A DNA stretch of 32,000 bases from NCBI RefSeq assembly GCF_000020025.1, contig NC_010628.1:2520001-2552000 (forward strand), read 5' to 3'. How positions within the stretch are numbered: the stretch's first letter is position 1; each line of letters begins with the position of its first letter. The translations under genes and the position numbers were made by a program. Positions 24,777-32,000 of the stretch are shown here, one piece after another. Source of the stretch: Nostoc punctiforme PCC 73102 (GTDB lineage Bacteria > Cyanobacteriota > Cyanobacteriia > Cyanobacteriales > Nostocaceae). Below the pieces are notes generated by a model. That model worked only from the letters and a program-made list of their open reading frames with translations, was not told the origin of the DNA and searched no databases.

Positions 24777-27700
24777 TTATCTCCTTCCATTCTTTCCGAG
24801 CAAGTTTTCCAGTTTGGCAAGTTCCTGAGCAATTGAGGTTTCCAAAGGTGTTGTTGTCGGTGGGATGAATTCAAACACAGCTTTTGCAGAAACCTTCACC
24901 GAATCTTGAGGTTCTGGTGTTGTCGCCAGGAATGCTAAATGTTCAGCCAAAGATTTGACTGTGGGAAAGTTCCACAGGATAGTCGATTCCAGTGGATATT
25001 TCAGCCACTCTTCTAAATCTTGGGCTAATTCCACCGCCATCACGGAATCTAAACCGTAGTCAGCAAAGGAGGTATTAGCATTTACAGAACGCGCAGCAAT
25101 TCTTAATTTCTTAATCAGCCATTTTTCTAGCCAATTTTGAATAGAGACGCGATGAATCGCGTCTGTACAAGAGTTAGGAGTAGAGACGCGATTGATCGCG
25201 TCTGTATAAGGGACAAGATTAATCGCGTCTGTTAGCAATTCTTCCCCTGCTCCCTCATCTTCCGCTACTTCCCCTACTGCTTCTAATTGCAGAAGTTCAT
25301 CTAAGTTGTGGTTCTCTCCGGCTGAAGTTTGTACCACATCACCGATCGCTGCAATATAGTCGGAAATTTGAGCGCTTACAGCTTCGGCATCTGATAAAAT
25401 CTTTTCTGCGGGAGTTCCAGTGAGGACGCTAGCGAGTTTTTGCTCAAATTGTAACTTTGCCCAGGTGACAGCACGTTGGAGTTCAGCAGATGGCGATCGC
25501 TCTAATTCTCCTTGAACTGCTGCCAGTAAAATTGCGAAGGTAACTACTTCACCTGTACGAATATAAGCCCAATGTTGTGCTGATTTACTTTCTAAGAAAG
25601 CTGGTTGTACGCTTGTTAAATGCGTTTTAATCTGATCTACAGCTACCACCAGATTTTTAGCTACCGTTGGCGCGCCCAATTCTTCACTTAAAAAGCGGTG
25701 TAACTCTGCGCTTTGATTCATCGCACGAGAACCAAGGAACATATTCAGGGTTTCGGTGGGGCCTTCAAAAATGCGAAATAATCTGGCATCGCGGAGGATT
25801 TGCGGCGCAATGTTGGTTTCGATGTAGCCACGACCACCTAACATTTGTACTAAGCGATCGGCTGCTTGCCAAACTAGTTCCGGCCCCGCTGTTTTACAGG
25901 CGGTGAAGGCTTCTTGAGGAATGGCGCGTCCTTGGTCTAATAAATCGGCAATTTTGAACAGTAGGGTTTCTAAAGATGTAATTGCTGCTGTTAAATCACT
26001 CAGCCAAACCAGAGAAATGGGATTATTAAGTAACCTTCCTGTGGACACAGAACGACGGGAACTGTAGCGCAGCATCAACTGGGCGCAGCGTTTCATTCCA
26101 CCGAGGCTCATCACGCCGATGATTAATCTGCCGTGCATCATCGCATCTTGGGCGACTTCCATGCCGTTATTGAGCGTTCCTAAAAGATTCTCTGGAGTAA
26201 CCAAGACATCTTTGAGGTAAATAGTATTTTGCACCATCCCGCGCACACCCATCGTCAGCGCTTCCGGCCCTTGAGAAAATCCTGGTGTTCCTTGACGAAT
26301 TATAAAGCTGCTAATTCCAGTTGGTTGATTATTCGCATCCAGCGTTTGAGCGAAGACATTAGTTACCCCCGCCCATGAACCATGACCAATCCAGATTTTC
26401 TCACCGCGTATTCTCCAACCGCCAGCATCAGGAATTGCTCGTGTAGCGATCGCTCTCGGATTGGAACCTGCTGTCTGTTCGGTGATGGCAAAACCAGCCA
26501 ACTCGCGCCCACCAGCCAGTAACGGCAGTATTTCCTGACGCACATTCTCTGGTGCATAATTCAAAATCGGGCGAGTACCTAAAACGTGGTGAACCGCCAC
26601 AAAGGACGCTAGGGTTAAATCAATCGCCGCCAATTGCTCGAAAACGCGGAAAGTATCTCGATAACTGAGAGCCAAACCGCCGTACTCTTCGGGAATTTGC
26701 ATCCCCAAAAGTCCGCGATTGCCAAAATCAAGGACAATATAAGGCGGAATACAACGGCGTTCATCAATTAATCGGGAGTTAATGCGATCGCCTGCATAAC
26801 CGCGCAACCACTCAATGATATTATCAGCTTTGGTTTTGCTGACAACTGACTGCACAGGAACTTCTGACTCAGCTTCTGTTTCAAATTTCCACTCGCCCAC
26901 CACCTCTAAAGCATTCTCCACAAACTTGGCTCGACAAGTGCGGCGCTGAATCTTACCACTAGAAGTTTTGGGAATAGTTGCCGTTTTTAGTAAAATTACT
27001 GCATATAATTGCAATTCATGTTGTTGTGATACCGCACGCCGGATTGCTCCTACCACCTCTTCTACATCTAACTTTCGCAAATGTAGCCGTTCTATTTCTT
27101 GAGCCACAATCAACCGTTCCTCGCCCTCAATCTCTACCGTAAAAGCGGCGGTACAAGTCGGTCGAAGTGCTGGGTGGCTCTTTTCAACAGTAAGTTCAAT
27201 ATCTTGTGGGTAATGATTGCGACCACGAATAATAATTACATCTTTAATGCGTCCGGTGACAAAAAGCTCACCGTTATGAACAAATCCTAAATCACCTGTA
27301 CGCAGATATGGCCCTGCTTTGGTATCTTTCAAATAAGCTTGAAAAGTTTCCGCCGTCGCTTCTGGTCGATTCCAATAGCCCAGAGGAATCGTAGAGCCAG
27401 ATGCCCAAATCTCCCCAACCTCGTCATCACCGCGCTGGGTCAAGGTTTCTGGATTAACAATAACAATTTGAGTATCAATTTCTGTCCAGCCACAACCAAC
27501 AAACTGGCGACATCTGGGATGATTGGCGCTCACTTCCACAACCCGATGTTGCTCTAGAGCCTCAGCATCAACATGGAGATAAACAGGTAAATCTTTTGAC
27601 CGCACAGCAGAGACTTTCAAAGTTGCTTCCGCCAAACCATACCCCGGACAGAATGCTCGTCCATCAAACCCAGAGGGTTTAAACGCCTCAACAAACTCTT

Positions 27701-28631
27701 CTAAAACATCTGCTCTCACTGGTTCTGCACCATTCAGCGCCATCCGCCAACTGCTGAGGTCTAACTTAGCTCTTTGTTCTGGCGTTATTTTCTCCGCACA
27801 CAATTTATAAGCAAAGTTGGGAGCGCCACTGTGAGTTCCGCGATAACGAGAAATCGCTTGTAGCCAACGAATCGGCTTTTGGAGAAAGCTTACAGGAGCC
27901 ATCATGTAGCAAGTACAACCTTTGTATAGAGGTTGCAACATTCCATAAATCAGTCCCATATCGTGGAAAGTTGGTAGCCATGTGACAATGACGCTATTTT
28001 CATCATGATCCCAACCTAAATCCAAGTCAGCAGAATTACGTAAAAGGTTATCATGAGTAACCATTACCCCCTTCGGTGTTCCCGTCGAACCGGAAGTATA
28101 TTGCAGAAAAGCTAACGTCTCGCCATTGATTTCCGGCCGAACCCAACTAGAACCATCACCAAGAATTAAATCGTTTGTTGGTAACCACTCTATCTCAGCT
28201 AACGCTGAACTGTACTTGCCTATATCCTTCAAATTAGCCATAACCCCAGATGTAGTCAGCACAATCTTGGCTTCCGCATCCAAGACAATAGCTTCCAACC
28301 GAGAAAGCTTGTGATTTTGTCGGGGAGGATAAGCCGGAATGGGAACGATTCCAGCATATAAACAGCCAAAAAACGCCGTAATAAAATCTAATCCGGCGGG
28401 ATAAAGCATCAAAGCGCGTGGGCTTTGCCCGTCGTAGACATCGCCAGCATTCATTATAGATTGGAGATGAATAGCGATCGCTCTAGCTTGCCGGTCTAAC
28501 TCTTGATAACTAATCTGTATAGATTGAGATTCATCTTCCCCATCAAGGAGAAAAGTATAAGCAATACGTGACGGTTGTTCCTTTGCTCTAGTAAGCAGCA
28601 ATTCAACCAAATCTTTAAACTGATTGTTCAT
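24777..28631 (-). CDS. Tri-domain loading protein: fatty acyl-AMP ligase (FAAL) - acyl-CoA dehydrogenase-like domain - ACP
   Basis: 1284 aa. FAAL, approx 26890-28631: LQYTSGSTGTPKGVMVTH, YLRTGDLGF, GRIKDVIIIRGRNHYPQDIE. ACAD-like, approx 25690-26835: ITEQTAGSNP, and RIFEGPTE, which matches the YEGT catalytic-Glu motif. ACP, approx 24900-25140: ADYGLDSVMAVEL, with the Ser codon near 25044-25046. The linker between ACAD and ACP carries in-frame repeats. Confidence 0.9.
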   Translation of the reverse strand: MNNQFKDLVELLLTRAKEQPSRIAYTFLLDGEDESQSIQISYQELDRQARAIAIHLQSIMNAGDVYDGQSPRALMLYPAGLDFITAFFGCLYAGIVPIPAYPPRQNHKLSRLEAIVLDAEAKIVLTTSGVMANLKDIGKYSSALAEIEWLPTNDLILGDGSSWVRPEINGETLAFLQYTSGSTGTPKGVMVTHDNLLRNSADLDLGWDHDENSVIVTWLPTFHDMGLIYGMLQPLYKGCTCYMMAPVSFLQKPIRWLQAISRYRGTHSGAPNFAYKLCAEKITPEQRAKLDLSSWRMALNGAEPVRADVLEEFVEAFKPSGFDGRAFCPGYGLAEATLKVSAVRSKDLPVYLHVDAEALEQHRVVEVSANHPRCRQFVGCGWTEIDTQIVIVNPETLTQRGDDEVGEIWASGSTIPLGYWNRPEATAETFQAYLKDTKAGPYLRTGDLGFVHNGELFVTGRIKDVIIIRGRNHYPQDIELTVEKSHPALRPTCTAAFTVEIEGEERLIVAQEIERLHLRKLDVEEVVGAIRRAVSQQHELQLYAVILLKTATIPKTSSGKIQRRTCRAKFVENALEVVGEWKFETEAESEVPVQSVVSKTKADNIIEWLRGYAGDRINSRLIDERRCIPPYIVLDFGNRGLLGMQIPEEYGGLALSYRDTFRVFEQLAAIDLTLASFVAVHHVLGTRPILNYAPENVRQEILPLLAGGRELAGFAITEQTAGSNPRAIATRAIPDAGGWRIRGEKIWIGHGSWAGVTNVFAQTLDANNQPTGISSFIIRQGTPGFSQGPEALTMGVRGMVQNTIYLKDVLVTPENLLGTLNNGMEVAQDAMMHGRLIIGVMSLGGMKRCAQLMLRYSSRRSVSTGRLLNNPISLVWLSDLTAAITSLETLLFKIADLLDQGRAIPQEAFTACKTAGPELVWQAADRLVQMLGGRGYIETNIAPQILRDARLFRIFEGPTETLNMFLGSRAMNQSAELHRFLSEELGAPTVAKNLVVAVDQIKTHLTSVQPAFLESKSAQHWAYIRTGEVVTFAILLAAVQGELERSPSAELQRAVTWAKLQFEQKLASVLTGTPAEKILSDAEAVSAQISDYIAAIGDVVQTSAGENHNLDELLQLEAVGEVAEDEGAGEELLTDAINLVPYTDAINRVSTPNSCTDAIHRVSIQNWLEKWLIKKLRIAARSVNANTSFADYGLDSVMAVELAQDLEEWLKYPLESTILWNFPTVKSLAEHLAFLATTPEPQDSVKVSAKAVFEFIPPTTTPLETSIAQELAKLENLLGKNGRR
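25142..25234 (-). repeat. Three copies (two full, one degenerate) of a 26-bp palindromic mini-repeat inserted in frame in the ACAD-ACP linker
   Basis: Copy 1, TAGAGACGCGATGAATCGCGTCTGTA, is at 25142-25167. Copy 2, TAGAGACGCGATTGATCGCGTCTGTA, is at 25181-25206. Copy 3 is degenerate, at about 25211-25234. Each has 9-bp arms, AGACGCGAT / ATCGCGTCT. They translate as TDAINLV.. TDAINRV.. TDAIHRV. Confidence 0.9.
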
Positions 28632-28699
28632 AATTCTAAGCCTCAGCTTAATTCAGAAATTTCCCTATTTAACTTCCGTTTAATACAGTAAAAAACGAC

Positions 28700-28830
28700 A
28701 TAGCAATCCTAAATCACCAGTGAAATCTTTTCTTTCTTCCCTTCGCGCCCTTTGCGCCCTTCTCTGCGAGACGCTACGCGAATGCGGTTCGTTAAAAAAG
28801 TTATTTCCACAAATCGAATAGGATTGCTAT
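28700..28830. repeat. 12-bp perfect inverted repeat (ATAGCAATCCTA / TAGGATTGCTAT) bounding a 107-bp segment with a CGCGCCCTTTGCGCCC core
   Basis: The arms are at 28700-28711 and 28819-28830. The core motif is at 28744-28768. It lies in the spacer between the monooxygenase stop (28836) and the loader start (28631). Confidence 0.6.
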
Positions 28831-28835
28831 CTAAA

Positions 28836-30056
28836 CTAACCTACGAAATCCCTAGCCTGATGCTTGTAATATACAGGCTGCCACATTTTCGCCTTCAGCC
28901 AACCGCTAGAATTAAACAATCTGTAAAAAATTGTCCGCAGAGAAACTGTCAAATTAGTAGAAAGAGTCAACATTTTCTCCTGACGAAGCTGCATATTCCG
29001 TATCGGACGCAAATCTTTTTCTCGAATTGCTTGAAACTCCTTCAAAACACTAGCCTTCACCGGAGAACCAGGATTTTCTGTCAAAGCTTTCGCCACAAAT
29101 GGAGCCAACGTAACAGCGTCAAAAATAGCATGATTCACACCTTGACCAAGAATAGGAGATAAAGTATGTGCAGCATCTCCAATTAATACAAATCCTTCCC
29201 GATACCACTGCGGAACAACAGTCATGAAAATGTCTAAGATAGTCGTATCCGACCAACTTGTTATCGACTTCTTCGCACCCTCAGCTAAATCAGGTTCAAT
29301 TTGAGCAATTTTCTCATGTAAATATTGAATTCCTTGCGCCTTAATTTTTTGTATTCCTCCCTTCGGAATATTAAAACCTACCCGCAATAAATTAGGATAA
29401 CTGGGGATAACTACTGCATGACTATCGCGGTCAATCTTCACACGATAAGATAGTTTTTGTTTCCAATGTTCTGGAATGGGGACTTTAAACCACATAAAGT
29501 CTCTCTCCAACATCCGCTTAACATATTTGCACTTCGCCATGTCACGAGTTTTGCTATAACGTCCATCAGAACCCACTGTTAGGTGAGCATTAATTGTTAA
29601 CTGATCATCTTCAGTTTTACACTTCACACCAACAATAGCTTCTCCATCCTCAATTAATTCCGTACAATTAGCACCACGCAAAATCGTGAATCCTTCGTAT
29701 TGCGAAGCTTTCTGAATTAACGCCTCCAACATGACAGGTTGCGGCACATCAATAGGATATTTAAAATCATATTTGAAATCACTCAAATTGATATGTAAAA
29801 CTCTCTGATTATTTTCAAACAACTCCAACTGACGAGTATAGAGAACATCATGTTCACCAAAACCCTCCATAATTCCCAGCTTATCAAGAATATAAACAGA
29901 ATCCGGCGAAATTGATTCACCTCGAAAAGAGCGCGTATAAGCTTTTGCTTGCTCCAAGACAACAACATTCAGATTTCTTCTAACCAACTCCAAAGCCAAA
30001 GTCAAACCAGACGGTCCGCCGCCAACAATGCACACATCAGTATCAATCGTTCTCAT
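28836..30056 (-). CDS. FAD-dependent (group A, UbiH/PHBH-type) monooxygenase
   Basis: 406 aa. Motifs: DVCIVGGGPSGLTLALEL (GxGxxG), GSDGRYSKTR (DG motif), LIGDAAHTLSPILGQGVNHAIFDA (GD motif). Confidence 0.85.
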   Translation of the reverse strand: MRTIDTDVCIVGGGPSGLTLALELVRRNLNVVVLEQAKAYTRSFRGESISPDSVYILDKLGIMEGFGEHDVLYTRQLELFENNQRVLHINLSDFKYDFKYPIDVPQPVMLEALIQKASQYEGFTILRGANCTELIEDGEAIVGVKCKTEDDQLTINAHLTVGSDGRYSKTRDMAKCKYVKRMLERDFMWFKVPIPEHWKQKLSYRVKIDRDSHAVVIPSYPNLLRVGFNIPKGGIQKIKAQGIQYLHEKIAQIEPDLAEGAKKSITSWSDTTILDIFMTVVPQWYREGFVLIGDAAHTLSPILGQGVNHAIFDAVTLAPFVAKALTENPGSPVKASVLKEFQAIREKDLRPIRNMQLRQEKMLTLSTNLTVSLRTIFYRLFNSSGWLKAKMWQPVYYKHQARDFVG

Positions 30057-30149
30057 GATAATTACTCTTTTGGTGAAATTTGCAATTAAATCCGTTTGTA
30101 ACTTCTTCTTTCTACCTTTGCGCCTTTGCGTGAGATTTCCTCACCCAAT

Positions 30150-30911
30150 TCATTCGCAAAACTTTTCCAGCGATTCTCTAATATCGCTCAAAATATCTGC
30201 CGCCATCGCACCATCAATTACCCGATGGTCAAAAGTCATACTCAAACGCATCACAGGAGCAATTTTAATTTCCTCCTTTTGTACAACAGCCTGCGATTGA
30301 ATTTGTCCCAATCCAAAAGTGAGTGTAGTTCCTCCTACCGAAAAAAAGCTGTTAATTGATTTGTGGCCGAGTGAAGAAACCGAGAATGTACCCAGGCGGC
30401 TTCTCCGTCTTTTTAAATCGGCAAGAATCAAACCAAATATCAATTCTGCTAAGAACAAAGGAAGTTTTTGTAACTTTTTCAGAGCAGCGTATTCCTGAAT
30501 ATTATCAAAATCATTTAATTTGTAATAATCAATGGTGTTTTGAATTCCTTGTAAAGAAATTTGGTTAGCATGAGGAATTAAACCAGGAAGAACTACACGC
30601 TGCTCACCTATTTTTTTGTCCAAAGCAAACTTTGCGCTTACAGTATCAGACTGCGCTAACTTCGGTAATAATCCCCCTAAAAGACTGCTATTAGCTTCTG
30701 GATATTTAGAGAGAACTCGTGCAGCCGCATAGATAAAATAAGTGATGATGCTCAATTTAGTTTGTGCCAGTGTAGCCGAACCTTCTCGTAAATTGAGAAT
30801 TTTCGTCATGTCTACATCTGTATCTATAAAAACAGGACTGCAAGCTCTGGCATAGTTTAAAAAAGCAAAGGTATGTTTCCGTTCATTGGGAAAAGGCAGA
30901 ATGTTAATCAT
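30150..30911 (-). CDS. Stand-alone 2-oxoacid dehydrogenase E2-type (CAT-fold) acyltransferase, catalytic domain only
   Basis: The start is taken at ATG 30909-30911 (MINILPFPNERK...), giving 253 aa. The track start at 31016 is a TTG overlapping the ACP gene. The C-terminal MTFDHRVIDGAMAA contains the HxxxDG catalytic motif of E2/CAT-fold acyltransferases. There is no lipoyl or subunit-binding domain. Confidence 0.75.
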   Translation of the reverse strand: MINILPFPNERKHTFAFLNYARACSPVFIDTDVDMTKILNLREGSATLAQTKLSIITYFIYAAARVLSKYPEANSSLLGGLLPKLAQSDTVSAKFALDKKIGEQRVVLPGLIPHANQISLQGIQNTIDYYKLNDFDNIQEYAALKKLQKLPLFLAELIFGLILADLKRRRSRLGTFSVSSLGHKSINSFFSVGGTTLTFGLGQIQSQAVVQKEEIKIAPVMRLSMTFDHRVIDGAMAADILSDIRESLEKFCE

Positions 30912-30930
30912 AAAGGTTGAATATTCTTGC

Positions 30931-31152
30931 TTACTGAATAGACTCGTAAATGTCTTTGATATTACGTGCTTGCAGCATAGATAAAACAGAGACTTTCTTA
31001 CCTGTGCGGATTTCAATCGAAGTAATCAAACGCAATAGACCAAGAGAATCCCAGCCTCCTAATTGATCAAAAGGAGTATTAATATCTTGTTCGGCAATCG
31101 GTAATTCTAGTACGTCTTGAATGAGATAAACCAAATCTGTAACGTTATTCAC
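30931..31152 (-). CDS. Discrete acyl carrier protein
   Basis: The start is taken at GTG 31150-31152, with AGGAG (complement of 31161-31165) 8 nt upstream. It overlaps the FkbH stop (GTGAATAA). The product is 73 aa with a phosphopantetheine site in LGGWDSLGLLRLI. The track start at 31206 is a TTG inside the FkbH gene. Confidence 0.75.
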   Translation of the reverse strand: MNNVTDLVYLIQDVLELPIAEQDINTPFDQLGGWDSLGLLRLITSIEIRTGKKVSVLSMLQARNIKDIYESIQ

Positions 31153-32000
31153 GAGTAAAACTCCTGTAGTCAGAAGATAAATTGATATGCTTAACAGAAA
31201 GAGCAATATTGTCTGTCAATGAGCGAAGATAAAGTACTCTCTGAGGAGTTTCTTCAACAAGTTCAAAGCCTTGCTTTTTATAAAAATCATGGACTTTCTG
31301 ATTTTTGGAAGATGGAATATACTCTGCGTAAACCTTTTCAATTTTTGCTTCTTTAGCCTGCTGTAAAATATGTTCTAGGCTAATTGTTTCAATCCCTCGT
31401 GAGAAAACCCGACAACTCAGTAGAAAATTATCTATGTAAAGTTCGCGTTCCTTGTCGATAGGTTGGCGAGTAAAGATACAGCCAACAATTCCATTGTCTC
31501 CAAACCGGTCTTGAGACTCAATTCCAATAATTGTGATAGATGAATCATCAAGAAGTTGATTAATTTCTCCCTCTTGATAGCGCTTAGTAGTCATATTGAA
31601 CTGATTGGTGCGTAAAGTGAGTTGAGAAATTCGCACAATATCTGCTTGTTGGGGTGCGAACAACTTCACTTTCAGTTCCAGTTCATTCAAGTAATCATCT
31701 ATGGAATCAAAATTTCCGAGAAATTCTTGGCGTTTAACCTCAGTTTTATATTTTTGAGTCCGGCTGTAATCTTCTTTGGTGATTTCAAGAGTATTGAACC
31801 AACCTCCTGTAAGCAAAGTTTTGGTGTAGCTTGCTGGGTCTTCTTCAAGTTCCAGCACCGTAACATTTGGCTGTTTGGAACGTACAAGATTGCGTTCAAA
31901 TTCACTATCATCAACAAAGACAAAACTATCTAAACCCAAGTTCAGCGATTGAGAAATTTCTTTCAGGTTTTCATGTTTTGGAGACCAGTTGGCGCAGATG
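31145..32000 (-). CDS. FkbH-like glyceryl-S-ACP synthase (HAD-IIIC phosphatase family), 5' end outside the window
   Basis: The reading frame stays open up to base 32000 (ICANWSPKHENLKEISQSLNLGLDSFVFVDDSEFER...), so the Met at 31939 is internal. Features: HAD-type FVDD motif, NQFNMTTKR, the conserved FkbH Cys motif FLLSCRVFSRGIE, and a GNAT-like C-terminal part. Confidence 0.85.
   Translation of the reverse strand, partial: ICANWSPKHENLKEISQSLNLGLDSFVFVDDSEFERNLVRSKQPNVTVLELEEDPASYTKTLLTGGWFNTLEITKEDYSRTQKYKTEVKRQEFLGNFDSIDDYLNELELKVKLFAPQQADIVRISQLTLRTNQFNMTTKRYQEGEINQLLDDSSITIIGIESQDRFGDNGIVGCIFTRQPIDKERELYIDNFLLSCRVFSRGIETISLEHILQQAKEAKIEKVYAEYIPSSKNQKVHDFYKKQGFELVEETPQRVLYLRSLTDNIALSVKHINLSSDYRSFTRE

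Noticed and set aside
25667-28314. Nested ORFs inside the loader gene: 25667-25906, 26363-26557, 27099-27290, 27339-27557 and 28126-28314
   Set aside because: They are contained within the FAAL-ACAD-ACP ORF, and no independent support is visible.
28752-29162. Plus-strand 136-aa ORF overlapping the 3' end of the monooxygenase gene and the upstream spacer
   Set aside because: It is antisense to a well-supported FAD monooxygenase. It begins in repeat DNA and has a low-complexity, basic composition with no motifs.

Overview
The window is almost entirely one natural-product gene cluster, with every gene on the minus strand. It looks cyanobacterial and Nostoc/Anabaena-like, which is an inference from three things: frequent HIP1 octamers GCGATCGC (e.g. 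2723-2730, 4040-4047, 4447-4454), heptamer STRR repeats, and AT-rich spacers packed with small dispersed repeats. In transcription order (high to low coordinates) the genes are: an FkbH-like glyceryl-ACP synthase (5' end outside the window); a 73-aa ACP; a stand-alone 2-oxoacid-dehydrogenase-E2-type acyltransferase; an FAD monooxygenase; a tri-domain FAAL / acyl-CoA-dehydrogenase / ACP loader; four cis-AT type I PKS proteins (KS-AT-DH-KR-ACP, KS-AT-cMT-KR-ACP, KS-AT-DH-KR-ACP, KS-AT0-ACP); an alpha/beta hydrolase translationally coupled to a type II thioesterase; an SRPBCC protein; and the first 39 codons of a flavin oxidoreductase. Main points of interest: (1) The FkbH-ACP-E2-like trio, the distal hydrolase and the TE-less last module resemble the tetronate-forming cassette of actinomycetes, here attached to a fatty-acid-primed cyanobacterial PKS, with no FabH-like gene in the window. 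(2) The last module has an AT in which the catalytic Ser, His and Arg are all substituted. (3) The FAAL-ACAD-ACP loader is an uncommon fusion. (4) There is an unusual repeat landscape: two inverted copies of a composite element (66-bp head plus 21-bp tandem array) bracket the three central PKS genes; an octamer microsatellite is translated in frame in the KS-AT linkers; palindromic mini-repeats are inserted in frame in the loader; and a MITE-like element overlaps a PKS stop codon. No rRNA, tRNA, CRISPR array or transposase gene was recognised. All family assignments rest on motifs read by eye, not on searches.
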